Assembly (NCBI RefSeq): GCF_049554935.1
Contig: NZ_CP186926.1
Location: forward strand, 192,001-256,000
Direction: 5' to 3'
Length of the DNA: 64,000 nt
From: Methanocaldococcus indicus
GTDB taxonomy: Archaea; AGJL01; Methanococci; Methanococcales; Methanocaldococcaceae
The notes under the pieces were generated by a model. The model searched no databases and was not told where the DNA came from. It saw only the letters and a program-made list of their open reading frames with translations. The position numbers and the translations under genes are program-made. Positions 23,748-34,274 of the stretch are shown here, in pieces (positions within the stretch are counted from its first letter, which is position 1; each line of letters starts with the position of its first letter).

Positions 23748-24140
23748 TTAATAAACATAAGCCAATAATCTTCCTCCTAATCCTCTTTTTTTAGCTTCAT
23801 CATGGCTCATAACTCCTTGAGTAGTGGAAACTATTAATATACCAAAATCTCTTGCTGGGAGATATCTTTTTTCATATTTTTCATAGTTGTCTTTTTTAAC
23901 TGGGAATCTTGGCTTTATTGCTCCACACTTGTTTATCTTTCCTATTAATTCAACTTTGAATATTCCAGCTCTTCCATCTTCTATAAATTCAAAATCTTTA
24001 ATATATCCGTGTTCTTTCATAACATTTAATACTCTTCCTATTAGTTTAGAAGCTGGTTTTATATAAACTACTTTCTTACCAACCATCTCACAGTTTGATA
24101 TATGTACTAATGCATTTGCTAATGGGTCTAATAGTGTCAT
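23748..24140 (-). CDS. rps8: Ribosomal protein uS8
   Basis: [20 protein letters not shown]. Confidence 0.98.
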   Translation of the reverse strand: MTLLDPLANALVHISNCEMVGKKVVYIKPASKLIGRVLNVMKEHGYIKDFEFIEDGRAGIFKVELIGKINKCGAIKPRFPVKKDNYEKYEKRYLPARDFGILIVSTTQGVMSHDEAKKRGLGGRLLAYVY

Positions 24141-24168
24141 ATTCTCTCACCCTTAACTTGTAAATTTT

Positions 24169-24330
24169 TTAATCTAATTTTTTAAATCCTAATTTATGAG
24201 CAATTTCTCTAAAACATTGCCTACAAAGGTTTAATCCATACTTTCTTATTATTCCAAATCCTACATGACCACATCTCTCACAAGGTCTTACTCCATAACC
24301 ATATTTTCTTTTCCATGGTTTTTTTGCCAT
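24169..24330 (-). CDS. rps14: Ribosomal protein uS14, 53 aa (absent from ORF track)
   Basis: Manual translation [53 protein letters not shown]. Confidence 0.97.
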   Translation of the reverse strand: MAKKPWKRKYGYGVRPCERCGHVGFGIIRKYGLNLCRQCFREIAHKLGFKKLD

Positions 24331-24342
24331 ATTATCTCACCT

Positions 24343-24894
24343 CTATTCTTCTTCCCATCTTTCTACTTTTACACCAAAAGTCTTCTCAATAAATTCAATT
24401 GCTTCATCTCTTGTTAATCTGTGTCTTCTTGGAACTTTACTTCTTTTATATTTTCTTCTCATAACTCTAAATCCAGGTCTTTCTAATGTTACACATACAT
24501 CCATACCAAAAATACCTACCATAGGGTCATACTTTTGTCCTGGAAAGTCTATATGTTCATGAATACCAAATGAAAAGTTTCCAAATTCATCAAATGAATA
24601 GTCATAAAGTTTTTTACCTTCTTTTTCAAATGCTTGGAATGCTTGTTTTAAAAATTCTTCTGCTTTTTTACCCCTTAAAGTAACTTTTAAACCAATTGGT
24701 AATTTTTTTCTTATACCAAATGATGGATTTGTTTGTTTTGCTCTTGTTCTAATTGGTTTTTGTCCAGTTAATTCTTCTAAAACTTTTTCAGCTCTTGTTA
24801 ATCTATCACCACTCTCTCCAACACCCATATTCACAACTACTTTACCAATTCTTGGTTTTAGCATAGGATTCTTATTCCAAATTTCTTCAAACAT
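24343..24894 (-). CDS. rpl5: Ribosomal protein uL5
   Basis: [22 protein letters not shown]. Confidence 0.98.
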   Translation of the reverse strand: MFEEIWNKNPMLKPRIGKVVVNMGVGESGDRLTRAEKVLEELTGQKPIRTRAKQTNPSFGIRKKLPIGLKVTLRGKKAEEFLKQAFQAFEKEGKKLYDYSFDEFGNFSFGIHEHIDFPGQKYDPMVGIFGMDVCVTLERPGFRVMRRKYKRSKVPRRHRLTRDEAIEFIEKTFGVKVERWEEE

Positions 24895-24906
24895 GTTTCA
24901 TCCCTC

Positions 24907-25644
24907 TTAATAGAGTTTTATAATTGGTTCCTCATCTCCTATAACAAAGACATAATCCTTAACTGTCTTAAATTTCTCTCCATCTTTTGTTTCAATAGTT
25001 ACAATATCCGGATATATTCCTCTTTTCTCTATTTCTATCAACTTACCAATCTCTCCAACGTGTTTCCCACCAGTAATATAAACTAATTTACCAACTTCTA
25101 ATGGGATATGTGCTTTAATTTCTTGGTTTGGTATTGAAATTAATAAAGTATCTCCTGTTTTATAGACATCTTCCTCAGCTTTTGTTGGGTCTGAAACTTT
25201 AATTAGGATATTTCTTCCATCATGTAAATTGAGTTGAATATGTCCTCCTTTAACAACTGTCTTATTTTTAATTTTACATAATTTTACATCTGGATTCTCA
25301 GTTGGATAGAGTTTAACTCTTCCTTTTCTGTCAAAAAGAACTCTATAATTTTCATTAGCATCTGGTAATGAGACAACATCCATAAATCCAACTGGTAATT
25401 TTTCTTCTTTTCTAACTCTTCCATCAACTAAAACTTTTCCCATTTTTATAATTTTTTTAGCTTCTCTTCTATTGTCTGCATATTTTAATAAATCTCTAAC
25501 AACTAACAATAAAGGTAATGACTCACTCATTGGATGTGCTCCTGGTAAGGGCCTAACAGTGAATTTTGCTACCTTTCTTGGCAATTCCCATCTAACTGGT
25601 GCAGCCAATCTTTTTAAATGTCTTTTTGGTCCTTTCTTTGCCAT
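24907..25644 (-). CDS. rps4e: Ribosomal protein eS4
   Basis: KRHLKRLAAP, QLNLHDGRN. Confidence 0.98.
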   Translation of the reverse strand: MAKKGPKRHLKRLAAPVRWELPRKVAKFTVRPLPGAHPMSESLPLLLVVRDLLKYADNRREAKKIIKMGKVLVDGRVRKEEKLPVGFMDVVSLPDANENYRVLFDRKGRVKLYPTENPDVKLCKIKNKTVVKGGHIQLNLHDGRNILIKVSDPTKAEEDVYKTGDTLLISIPNQEIKAHIPLEVGKLVYITGGKHVGEIGKLIEIEKRGIYPDIVTIETKDGEKFKTVKDYVFVIGDEEPIIKLY

Positions 25645-25998
25645 TTATTCCACCTTGAACCTTTTCTCATCTTTATCATAGAGTTTAATAATCATTACAT
25701 TAGATGGATGAATTGGATAAGGTACTTCTTTTCCATCTTGTTTTTTGTTGTTTGCTCCTTCAACAAAGATTCTATATCTTTTATAATCTACTTTTATTAC
25801 CTCCCCTTCTAGCCCTTTAAAGTTTCCTCTCATAATTCTTACAACATCTCCTTTTCTAACAGTTATTGCATTCTTACCTAATTTTTCTTTTAATTCTTTT
25901 GAAAGCATAGCTCTCATAACTTTTTTTCTTAAATGTTGAGGTGCATTAAATAAAGCTTTTCTTTGCTTTCTTGGCTGTTTTGATTTAGTAAAACTCAT
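25645..25998 (-). CDS. rpl24: Ribosomal protein uL24
   Basis: [15 protein letters not shown]. Confidence 0.98.
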   Translation of the reverse strand: MSFTKSKQPRKQRKALFNAPQHLRKKVMRAMLSKELKEKLGKNAITVRKGDVVRIMRGNFKGLEGEVIKVDYKRYRIFVEGANNKKQDGKEVPYPIHPSNVMIIKLYDKDEKRFKVE

Positions 25999-26009
25999 TT
26001 TTACTCACC

Positions 26010-26408
26010 TTAAACAATTATTTTAGCAATTCTTGCAATTCCTGGCCATCTTTCAGCTGCTTCTTTTGCAACAGGTCCTTTTATATCAGAACCCTTTGGA
26101 TTTCCATCTGGTGTAACTATTACAACTGCATTATCAAAGAACTTGACTCTTGTTCCATCTGGTCTTCTAATTTCTTTCTTTTGTCTTATTATTACAGCAG
26201 GCAAAACTTGTTTTCTCATTTCAGGTGTTCCTTTCTTTACAGTTACAATAACCATATCTCCTACTCCTGCTGATGGTAATCTATTAGCAACTCCTTTATA
26301 GTTCTTAACTGCAATAATTTGAACTTCTTTTGCTCCTGTGTTGTCTGCACATATACATCTTGCTCCAACAGGCAAACCTTTTGATGGTTTTGATGCAATA
26401 GCTTTCAT
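26010..26408 (-). CDS. rpl14: Ribosomal protein uL14
   Basis: [17 protein letters not shown]. Confidence 0.98.
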   Translation of the reverse strand: MKAIASKPSKGLPVGARCICADNTGAKEVQIIAVKNYKGVANRLPSAGVGDMVIVTVKKGTPEMRKQVLPAVIIRQKKEIRRPDGTRVKFFDNAVVIVTPDGNPKGSDIKGPVAKEAAERWPGIARIAKIIV

Positions 26409-26431
26409 TATTTCTCCCTCACATTAATTAT

Positions 26432-26770
26432 TTATTTTTCGTGAATGTTTCCAAGTTTTTCAACTACAACAAATGATTTTGTTTTACTAATAGGCCTACA
26501 CTCCATAACTCTAACTATATCCCCTACTCTTGCATGAATACAAGGTGGGTTATGAGCAGCCAACTTGGAAGTTCTTTTTTCATATCTTTCATATTTTTTG
26601 ATGTACTTGATAATTTCTCTTTTTATAATAACTGTGTTGTGTGCTTTATCACTTACTACAACTCCAACAAAGCTTTGCCCTCTTACAGGAAGATTTCCAT
26701 GGAATGGGCAATTTTTATCATTACACTCATTTTCAGGAACTTTAACATTAATTCCTATATTTTTTGGCAT
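26432..26770 (-). CDS. rps17: Ribosomal protein uS17
   Basis: [14 protein letters not shown]. Confidence 0.98.
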   Translation of the reverse strand: MPKNIGINVKVPENECNDKNCPFHGNLPVRGQSFVGVVVSDKAHNTVIIKREIIKYIKKYERYEKRTSKLAAHNPPCIHARVGDIVRVMECRPISKTKSFVVVEKLGNIHEK

Positions 26771-26835
26771 AGAATCACCTTTTCTGAATTTTTGGCTTAA
26801 TAAAATAAATAAAAAGGATATATAACATTAACGGT

Positions 26836-27120
26836 TTAGTATGGATAAAGAATTTTAAACTTCTTTTTTAATCTTTCTTCAGGTCTTCCAACCAAAAGTT
26901 TTCCAATTACTTTAACTTTACATTTTTTTAGATTAAAGAGAAAGATACAAACATCTTTTGGAACTTTAACGATTTTACCATTTTCCTTTTCAATTATTAG
27001 CATGTTTCTTGTTTCATCTACAACAGTTCCTTTTATACCTACTAAACACTTATTAGTTGAATCAACTATTTCAACATCTAAACCTATAAGCTCATGTCTT
27101 AATATATCTCTTGGATTCAT
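26836..27120 (-). CDS. rnp1: RNase P protein component 1 (Rpp29)
   Basis: HELIGL, GIKGTVVDETRN, RPEERL. Confidence 0.95.
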   Translation of the reverse strand: MNPRDILRHELIGLDVEIVDSTNKCLVGIKGTVVDETRNMLIIEKENGKIVKVPKDVCIFLFNLKKCKVKVIGKLLVGRPEERLKKKFKILYPY

Positions 27121-27138
27121 ATATTTTCAACTGTTTGT

Positions 27139-27176
27139 GGGATAGGGTGTGCCTCTTATAAGAGGCATCCTATCCC
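27139..27176. promoter_or_regulatory. GC-rich stem-loop between sui1 and rnp1
   Basis: GGGATAGG/CCTATCCC outer arms around the perfect 18-bp palindrome TGCCTCTTATAAGAGGCA (27150-27167). Confidence 0.8.
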
Positions 27177-27201
27177 TTTATTTTTTATAGAGAAAAGAGA
27201 G

Positions 27202-27513
27202 TTACTTAATAACTTCTATTGACTCTCTTGAGAATCCCATCTTAACAAGTTCTTCAACAACCTTTTTTCTATGGTCTCCTTGAAGTTCAATTGTGTTTCC
27301 TTTAACAGTACCTCCACAGGCACAAATATCTTTTAATTTCTTAGCAAGCTCTTTTAAATCTATTGCACTTGTGTCAAATCCCTCTATAATAGTCATAAGT
27401 TTTCCAAATCTTCTTTTAGTAACATAAATTTTTATTTTCTGTTCTTCCTTAGCTATTTCTTCACAAACACAAAGTTCTTTTGGTAATCCACATCTTGGAC
27501 AAATTTCTGGCAT
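27202..27513 (-). CDS. sui1: Translation initiation factor aIF1 (SUI1)
   Basis: [16 protein letters not shown]. Confidence 0.96.
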   Translation of the reverse strand: MPEICPRCGLPKELCVCEEIAKEEQKIKIYVTKRRFGKLMTIIEGFDTSAIDLKELAKKLKDICACGGTVKGNTIELQGDHRKKVVEELVKMGFSRESIEVIK

Positions 27514-27567
27514 TACTGCACCTCGCAGCTAATAAAAATTTTTATGAATATAGAATATAGAACTAAG

Positions 27568-27585
27568 AATATAAATATTTTTTCT
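27568..27585 (-). promoter_or_regulatory. Putative internal BRE/TATA upstream of sui1
   Basis: Minus strand AGAAAAAATATTTATATT in the gap after rpl29. Confidence 0.4.
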
Positions 27586-27589
27586 TTAA

Positions 27590-27808
27590 TTATTTATTTA
27601 AATTTTTTTGTCTCTTTTTTTCATTCATAATAGTTAAGATTCTCGCTATTGTTCTTCTAATTTCTCTCATTCTTCCTGGATTTGTTGGAGCTCCTGCAGC
27701 TGCCTTATGAGCCCTTTCTTTTAACAACTCTCTTTTTAATTCAACTAATTTCTTTTTCATCTCTTCTTCTGTCATTCCTCTAATTTCACTCGCTCTCAAT
27801 ATTGCCAT
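27590..27808 (-). CDS. rpl29: Ribosomal protein uL29
   Basis: [17 protein letters not shown]. Confidence 0.97.
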   Translation of the reverse strand: MAILRASEIRGMTEEEMKKKLVELKRELLKERAHKAAAGAPTNPGRMREIRRTIARILTIMNEKKRQKNLNK

Positions 27809-28433
27809 TGTTATCTCCCTCTATAACTTCATGTTTTATTTCATCATCTTTTATTATAATTTCATCTGGTAAAACAACATCTGGTCTCATAATTTTAACA
27901 GTAACACCAATAACTCCAGGTTTTGTTAAAGCAATAGCTCTACCTTTATCAACTAACTCTTCAGCTGGTTCTCCACAGTGTTTCATATATCCAGCCATGA
28001 ACTTTTCTGTTCTTGCTCTTTCTCCTGTTAATTTTCCAGAAATTATAACAACAACCCCCTTAGCTCCTGCATTCATAACTCTTCTTACAGCTGTATGTCC
28101 GACTCTTCTGAAATGTTGTCCTCTTTCTAAGAATCTTGCAATTCTTTCAGCAACAACTTGAGCATCCAAGTCAGGATTTTCCACTTGTTTAACATCAATT
28201 TGTGGTTTTTCAACATTAAACTCTTTTATTAATGTTTCTGTTAATTCTCTTATTTTAGCTCCTCTTCTTCCAATAACTAATCCAGGTCTTTCTGCATATA
28301 TTGTTATTTTTGTTCCAACTGGTGTTTTTCTTATTTCACAATGACTGTATCCTGCTTTAACCAACTCTTTTTGGAAATATTCATCAATTAATAATCTTTT
28401 TACATTTTCTTTTACAAATGTTCTCTCAATCAT
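27786..28433 (-). CDS. rps3: Ribosomal protein uS3
   Basis: KH motif [20 protein letters not shown]. Confidence 0.98.
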   Translation of the reverse strand: MIERTFVKENVKRLLIDEYFQKELVKAGYSHCEIRKTPVGTKITIYAERPGLVIGRRGAKIRELTETLIKEFNVEKPQIDVKQVENPDLDAQVVAERIARFLERGQHFRRVGHTAVRRVMNAGAKGVVVIISGKLTGERARTEKFMAGYMKHCGEPAEELVDKGRAIALTKPGVIGVTVKIMRPDVVLPDEIIIKDDEIKHEVIEGDNNGNIESE

Positions 28434-28907
28434 CTACTCCTCACCTTTTTCAACTCTTTCCTCTAATACAACTTGAATATGAACTGTTTCATAATACTTT
28501 GGTGTTGCTCTTCCATAAGCTCTTGGCATATATCTCTTTAAGGTTATTCCTTTATTTGCAGAGATGTGTTTAATGTATAATTTTTCTACATCTAAACCTT
28601 TATATTCAGCATTTGCTTTTGCATTTTCTAAAATCTTTAATATTGCTTTACTTGCTTTAACAGGATATCTTCCAGCAAACCATCCAAATTTACCTTTTCT
28701 ATGAGCAACTTTTCCATGATGTCTTCTAAATGGAACAAATCTTTTCATTGCTATAACATCTTCTAAATATTCCATTGCTTTTAATAAATCCATTCCATTA
28801 ATCTCTTTACAAATTTCTCTTGCGTGTTTTCTTGATATTGGAATATTTCTTCCCATAGCTTTTGCATTTTTTTCTGTAGTTTCTATCTTATACTTCAACT
28901 TACCCAT
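28434..28907 (-). CDS. rpl22: Ribosomal protein uL22
   Basis: GRYPVKA, PRAYGRA. Confidence 0.98.
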   Translation of the reverse strand: MGKLKYKIETTEKNAKAMGRNIPISRKHAREICKEINGMDLLKAMEYLEDVIAMKRFVPFRRHHGKVAHRKGKFGWFAGRYPVKASKAILKILENAKANAEYKGLDVEKLYIKHISANKGITLKRYMPRAYGRATPKYYETVHIQVVLEERVEKGEE

Positions 28908-28995
28908 ATTACTCACCTTCAAAGGTTTAATATTATGTTTATAATTATATTAAAAGAGTTAGTTTATGAATAAGAAATTAATTTATAAAAATTTT

Positions 28996-29265
28996 TTATG
29001 CTAAGGAAACTTCAACTGTTTCAACACTTTCAACATCTTCTATTTTTGAAATTGCCTCTTCTAATGGCTCTGTTCCCCCTTCTCTCTCTTCCATTTCAAC
29101 AACAGCATATATTGAATATAAACCAAAAGCTAATGGCTCATCAAATAATCCTCTAACAGCAACATTTTGCTCTTCTAAAACTTTTTTAACTTTTTCTTTT
29201 AGCTCTTCTTTATTTACATCTGGACTTTTTGGCATAATTTTTAACTTAACTAATACATTTGCCAT
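28996..29265 (-). CDS. ef1b: Elongation factor 1-beta
   Basis: KIMP, EPLAFGL. Confidence 0.95.
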   Translation of the reverse strand: MANVLVKLKIMPKSPDVNKEELKEKVKKVLEEQNVAVRGLFDEPLAFGLYSIYAVVEMEEREGGTEPLEEAISKIEDVESVETVEVSLA

Positions 29266-29274
29266 TATTTTCAC

Positions 29275-29442
29275 CTATGGTCCTTCAAATCCACATTTTG
29301 GACATTTATATGGATTATTTAATTTTCTACACTTTTCACATCTAACTATTTCTTGCTCTCCACAGTTAGGACATAAGAATCTTGTAGCTTTCTCTCTTGG
29401 AGCTATTTCTCTATTACAACTTACACATACATATTTAGTCAT
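29275..29442 (-). CDS. Zn-ribbon protein, DUF1610/HVO_2753 family, 55 aa (absent from ORF track)
   Basis: Manual translation [55 protein letters not shown]; usual position before EF-1beta. Confidence 0.92.
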   Translation of the reverse strand: MTKYVCVSCNREIAPREKATRFLCPNCGEQEIVRCEKCRKLNNPYKCPKCGFEGP

Positions 29443-30074
29443 GGAACCACCTTTGTAAAGATAGTGTTTTCTCCATTTAAGAATTTTATTATTCTTTCAG
29501 GATGTTTCCCATTAAATATATAAGCAGTCATTTTAAACTTTCTAAGAAGTTTTGGAAACTCTATATCTACTGATGTCCATTCTTTAAGTTGAGAAGCTTT
29601 AACTTCTCTTAAAAGTTTTTGATTTTTATATATTCCATCTACATCAGTAGCAATAATAATGTCTTTAACATTTAATAACTTTCCTATATATAAACTTAAT
29701 GAATCTGATGTAATATCCCAAGAATGTTTAGCTATATCTATACTTAGCAATAAATTTGAAGGTAGTATAATAGAAATCTTATCATTATGTATATTTTTTT
29801 TCAAATCAAATAAAGTTGTATAGCACTTTATATCCCCTAACTCAGAGTAAATTTCCCCAACAAAATCCATAGATTTTATAGCCAACTTATGAGATAGAGA
29901 TGATGAAAGATTTAATTTTTTATCCACTTCCCTTACAGTGTTTGCAAAAACTCCTCCTCCTGGGACTATAACTATATATTTATCATTTTTAGAGGCATAT
30001 TCTTTTAAAGCTAAAAGTAAATCCTTAGAGTTATATAATAATGACCCACCAATTTTAATAAGAATCATAGTCAT
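29439..30074 (-). CDS. mfnE: Amino-acid-kinase family protein, probable methanofuran-pathway kinase MfnE
   Basis: [28 protein letters not shown]. Confidence 0.8.
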   Translation of the reverse strand: MTMILIKIGGSLLYNSKDLLLALKEYASKNDKYIVIVPGGGVFANTVREVDKKLNLSSSLSHKLAIKSMDFVGEIYSELGDIKCYTTLFDLKKNIHNDKISIILPSNLLLSIDIAKHSWDITSDSLSLYIGKLLNVKDIIIATDVDGIYKNQKLLREVKASQLKEWTSVDIEFPKLLRKFKMTAYIFNGKHPERIIKFLNGENTIFTKVVP

Positions 30075-30116
30075 ATATTCACCTTAAACTTTATTATTAA
30101 ATAAGATGGTGAGATA

Positions 30117-31289
30117 ATGAACATTATGGATAAAGAGAAAATGTATCACTTACAAGTTTATAAAAGATATCCTGTTGTATTTGTTAAAGGAAAAGGAATT
30201 AAATTATATGATACAAATAATAAAGAATATTTAGATTTTTTAGCTGGAATAAGTGTTGTCAATGCTGGACATTGTAATGAGAAGATTGTAGAAGCTATTA
30301 AAAAACAAGCAGAAGAGTTAATACATGTTTCTAATTTATTTTATACAATTCCACAGGTAGAATTAGCAGAAAGATTGGTTAATTTGAGTGGATTAAACAA
30401 AGTATTCTTTTGCAACAGTGGAGCAGAGAGTAATGAAGCAGCTATAAAGTTTATTAGAAAGTGGGGCAAGCAACATAATAAAGATAAGATAGTGAGTTTT
30501 TACAATTCTTTCCATGGCAGAACTTATGGAGCTCTATCAGCTACACCAAAAGACAAATTTAGAGAAGGTTTTGAACCATTTTTAGAAGGATTTGAGTATC
30601 TTCCATACAATGATGAAGAAAAAATAAAGGAGTTGGATAATAAAGTAGCTGGGATTATTTTAGAATTAGTTCAAGGGGAAGGTGGAGTAATTCCTGCTAA
30701 GGAAGAATTTATTAAAACTTTAAAAGATGTTTGTGAAGATAAGAATATACTTTTAGTTGTTGATGAAGTACAAACTGGAGTAGGAAGAACAGGAACATTC
30801 TTTGCTTATGAACAATATAATATAACTCCTAATATAGTAACATTAGCTAAGGCATTAGGTAATGGAGTTCCAATAGGAGCTGTTATCTTAGATGATGAAG
30901 TATCTAAATATATAAAATATGGAGACCATGGAACCACATTTGGAGGAAATCCATTAGTTTGTGCTGCAAGTTTAGCAACAATTGATATTATTTTAGAGTT
31001 AATAAAAAATAAAAAAGTTATTGAGAAAGGTAATTACTTCATAGATAAATTAAAAAAATTTGATTATGAATTTATTAGAGATGTTAGAGGAAAAGGTTTA
31101 ATGGTTGGAATAGAGTTAGAATTTAACGCCAATGATATAGTTAATAAGATGTTAAAGAAAGGATTTGTTATTAATGCTACATCAGATAAAGTTTTAAGGT
31201 TTTTACCTCCTTTAATTGTTGAAAAAGAACATATTGATTTAATGGTTGATAATTTAAAAGATGTTTTTGAGGAGATTAAAAATGATTGA
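30117..31289 (+). CDS. argD: Acetylornithine aminotransferase
   Basis: NSGAESNE, FHGRT, DEVQTG, TLAKALGNG, HGTTFGGNP. Confidence 0.93.
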   Translation: MNIMDKEKMYHLQVYKRYPVVFVKGKGIKLYDTNNKEYLDFLAGISVVNAGHCNEKIVEAIKKQAEELIHVSNLFYTIPQVELAERLVNLSGLNKVFFCNSGAESNEAAIKFIRKWGKQHNKDKIVSFYNSFHGRTYGALSATPKDKFREGFEPFLEGFEYLPYNDEEKIKELDNKVAGIILELVQGEGGVIPAKEEFIKTLKDVCEDKNILLVVDEVQTGVGRTGTFFAYEQYNITPNIVTLAKALGNGVPIGAVILDDEVSKYIKYGDHGTTFGGNPLVCAASLATIDIILELIKNKKVIEKGNYFIDKLKKFDYEFIRDVRGKGLMVGIELEFNANDIVNKMLKKGFVINATSDKVLRFLPPLIVEKEHIDLMVDNLKDVFEEIKND

Positions 31290-31878
31290 GTATCTTGTTG
31301 AATTTTTAAAAAAGAAGGATGAAACAAGAGAAGAGATGATAAAGTTAGCAAGAGAAATAACCAAAGATTGCTCATTGTTAATTAGAGAAATTCACAAATC
31401 AAACAACAAAGATGAAATAGAGAAAAAGCTAAATGAAATTAAAGATAAAATAATACATTTAAATTCATTAGCAAAATATCCAGAGTTTGTTAAATACTTA
31501 GAGACTCCTCAACAGGAATATATTGAGGCATATTCATTATATAAGATAAAGTTTTTCAATGAGATTCCAAAATTTGATGAATTTGATTTTATTAGGGAGG
31601 AAAACTATATTTTAGGCTTAGCTGATGTAGTTGGTGAGTTAAGGAGAGAAGTTTTAGAGAATATGAAAGATGACAATGTTGAAGAAGTTGAAAAATACTA
31701 CAAATTTATGGAAGATATATATGATTTTTTAATGAACTTTGACTACTACCATGTTGTTGATAATCTGAGAAGAAAGCAGGATATATGTAGAGGAATATTG
31801 GAAAGGACTCATGGAGATATTGTTAATTTTATTGAAAACCTAAAATTAAGAAAAGAACTAAAAAAGATAAACAAATAA
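31282..31878 (+). CDS. Translin/TRAX-like protein
   Basis: QEYIEA, YILGLADVVGELRR, LRRKQD. Confidence 0.88.
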   Translation: MIEYLVEFLKKKDETREEMIKLAREITKDCSLLIREIHKSNNKDEIEKKLNEIKDKIIHLNSLAKYPEFVKYLETPQQEYIEAYSLYKIKFFNEIPKFDEFDFIREENYILGLADVVGELRREVLENMKDDNVEEVEKYYKFMEDIYDFLMNFDYYHVVDNLRRKQDICRGILERTHGDIVNFIENLKLRKELKKINK

Positions 31879-31880
31879 CA

Positions 31881-32492
31881 TTATTTTTCTTTTTTCTTAA
31901 ATTTTTCTCTATTTAATCTTAATAAAGTGACAGCAACTGACTCAACTGCTATCCAAAAATCTAAACTCTCTCTATTGAGATGGGGAAGTTCTTCACTAAC
32001 AATATCTATTGACTCTCTAACTAATCTATTTCCATATATTCTATAAACTGCAAATTCTCTCTCTTTTATAGGATTTTTAAGAGTTATATAATAATCATTT
32101 AACTCAGTTCCAAATATTATTTTGAATATTATAGTTTTATAAAAATTAAAAGACTTTGGAAAGAAAAATTTCATTTTATTTATTTTATCTTCTTCTAAGT
32201 TAATATTGCCTATATCACTATCTAATATAAACTTATCCAATAGTTTAAGATTATAAATTGATACATTTATATCATTTAAATCTTGGATAATATCTTTTTT
32301 ATAGTCATCTAAAAAATAATTTAATATTTTAGATTTTTCATAATATACAATAGAAGGTAGTTGTTTTTTTATAGTAGAGTAATCTAAGTTGTTAATTATA
32401 TGCTCTGACAAATCTCTACCAACAATATATATATTCTCTTTAATATTTAGTTTAGTTTTTTCAATTAATTTTTTTAGTTTCATAAATATCAA
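31881..32492 (-). CDS. Hypothetical protein
   Basis: 203-aa ORF overlapping the cfbE stop; no motif recognised. Confidence 0.7.
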   Translation of the reverse strand: MIFMKLKKLIEKTKLNIKENIYIVGRDLSEHIINNLDYSTIKKQLPSIVYYEKSKILNYFLDDYKKDIIQDLNDINVSIYNLKLLDKFILDSDIGNINLEEDKINKMKFFFPKSFNFYKTIIFKIIFGTELNDYYITLKNPIKEREFAVYRIYGNRLVRESIDIVSEELPHLNRESLDFWIAVESVAVTLLRLNREKFKKKEK

Positions 32493-33664
32493 TTTCTTTT
32501 TAGAATAATTAGTGTATTATTTCTAATCTCAATATTATTTTTATATACTCCTTTTATAAATTTTAATAACTCCTTTCCAATATCTCCAATAAAGTAGTAT
32601 TTTGTATTATATTTTTTCAATATTTTTGTTAATTTAAATATGTCTATTTCTTCACAAGTGACATTAAAATCCCCTCCAACATAAATATCCCCATCTTTAA
32701 ACATCTCTAAAAAATCTCTAATTGCAAAATCTATGGCTTTTACATCTAATCCTGGATTTATGTTTTTAACAACATAGTAGTTATTTATTTTTTCTATATT
32801 CATTCTATTGTTTATTTTGAAGGTTTCAATTTTTTTAAGAATGGTTTCAGTATCAACAAAATTTTTACATATTTCATAGGCAAAGATTGAGTTCTCCACA
32901 TAGTGTAATCCAAAAACTGAATTATTAAATTTGAAGATATTATTATCATATAAGAATCTTAATGGATACTTATTAAGTATTTTAGTTTTAGTATCTAATA
33001 CATGTAGATTACTATGCTCAATAGCTACTTTATATTCTTCTACATCTCTTTTATTTATATATGCTTTTTTAGCAAAATTTAATGTTGAAAATTTAGCTGT
33101 TAAGGCATCTCTTCTATTTTTAGCTATTTTATAGTTCTCAAAAATATTAGTTATAGCCCCAAATTCACAACTAACTAATCCCAATGAACATTCAAAAATA
33201 AAATATTCATAACTATCTTCATTATCTAAAACATTTAAAAGAGCTGTTGGTGTTATTGAACCTTTATTTGAGTTATGCAAAAAGATATTATAATCCTCTT
33301 TAAGAATGTGATAAATTAGCTCTGTTGTTGTGGTTTTTCCTTTAACACCTGTTATACAAATAATTTTTTTGTCTTTATACTCTTTATTAATTATTTCAGA
33401 GACAACTTCATGAAAATTCTTAAAATTAACATCAATAGGGCAATGTATTGGGGCTATAACTTCAAAATCTTCAAAATTTGGCTCTTCCAAAAAAAGAGTA
33501 ATATTATTATATTTCTCTTTTAACTTTAAATATTCTTTTTTAGCATTTTCATCTTTTAATGTTTTTTTATATATATCATAGATAGCTACTTTTTCTCCTT
33601 CTCTTTCTAAAAAATATTTAGCTAAGGATAAAGCTCCATGATTTACATCAACTAACAACAACAT
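32489..33664 (-). CDS. cfbE: Coenzyme F430 synthase (Mur-ligase-like)
   Basis: DVNHG, APIHCP, ITGVKGKTTT, NINPGL. Confidence 0.9.
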   Translation of the reverse strand: MLLLVDVNHGALSLAKYFLEREGEKVAIYDIYKKTLKDENAKKEYLKLKEKYNNITLFLEEPNFEDFEVIAPIHCPIDVNFKNFHEVVSEIINKEYKDKKIICITGVKGKTTTTELIYHILKEDYNIFLHNSNKGSITPTALLNVLDNEDSYEYFIFECSLGLVSCEFGAITNIFENYKIAKNRRDALTAKFSTLNFAKKAYINKRDVEEYKVAIEHSNLHVLDTKTKILNKYPLRFLYDNNIFKFNNSVFGLHYVENSIFAYEICKNFVDTETILKKIETFKINNRMNIEKINNYYVVKNINPGLDVKAIDFAIRDFLEMFKDGDIYVGGDFNVTCEEIDIFKLTKILKKYNTKYYFIGDIGKELLKFIKGVYKNNIEIRNNTLIILKRN

Positions 33665-34274
33665 TGTTTATATCCCCTACTAAAATATCAATTATAAACC
33701 TACTTTCTGCCTTGTCTAACTCCTTAGTTGAATTCCCCATAATAATAAATTTGTTTCCTTCTTTTACAATCATTGCAGGATAATCTCTTTTATAAATCTC
33801 TATAGCCATAGTTTTATTGTTATGTGTTAGTAAATAAACTTCCATTGGTGTGAAGTAGGTTATTTTTTTAGTCCCATTAGCAAATATTACCTTAGCAGTT
33901 ATATTTCTATCTTTTTTAAGCTCAATAATTATATTATGAGGATAGAAACTATTTAACCAGGCTAATTTAGTAATTAAATCAATTATTGAAACTCCTCCTT
34001 CCTCAGGAGTTATATTTAATGAACCTCTTATATAAATTAATTTTGTGTTATGATAATAATTATATATTTCTTTATCATTTGTATTTATTAGCTTAACTTC
34101 TTTTGCTTCTCCTATTGTAGCTCTTAAAGGAACTTCTATTGGTGTATTATTATAATAAAATATAAATTTATTACTATAATCTTTTAGGTTAAAGTTACTA
34201 TTGTTATTTAAACATAAACTAAATGCACTAAAAATTAAAGTTGTTATCAGAAGATATACAACATATTTCTTCAT
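33648..34274 (-). CDS. Exported/lipoprotein-like hypothetical protein
   Basis: MKK + hydrophobic stretch + SLC; several N-x-S/T sequons. Confidence 0.75.
   Translation of the reverse strand: MKKYVVYLLITTLIFSAFSLCLNNNSNFNLKDYSNKFIFYYNNTPIEVPLRATIGEAKEVKLINTNDKEIYNYYHNTKLIYIRGSLNITPEEGGVSIIDLITKLAWLNSFYPHNIIIELKKDRNITAKVIFANGTKKITYFTPMEVYLLTHNNKTMAIEIYKRDYPAMIVKEGNKFIIMGNSTKELDKAESRFIIDILVGDINNVVVS

Noticed and set aside
27139-27176. Hairpin as an archaeal SECIS element
   Set aside because: No GAA/A internal loop and no nearby gene with an in-frame UGA
28434-28995. Absence of rpl3-rpl4-rpl23-rpl2-rps19 upstream of rpl22, and of cdhD/E after cdhC
   Set aside because: To my knowledge these splits are the normal Methanocaldococcus arrangement
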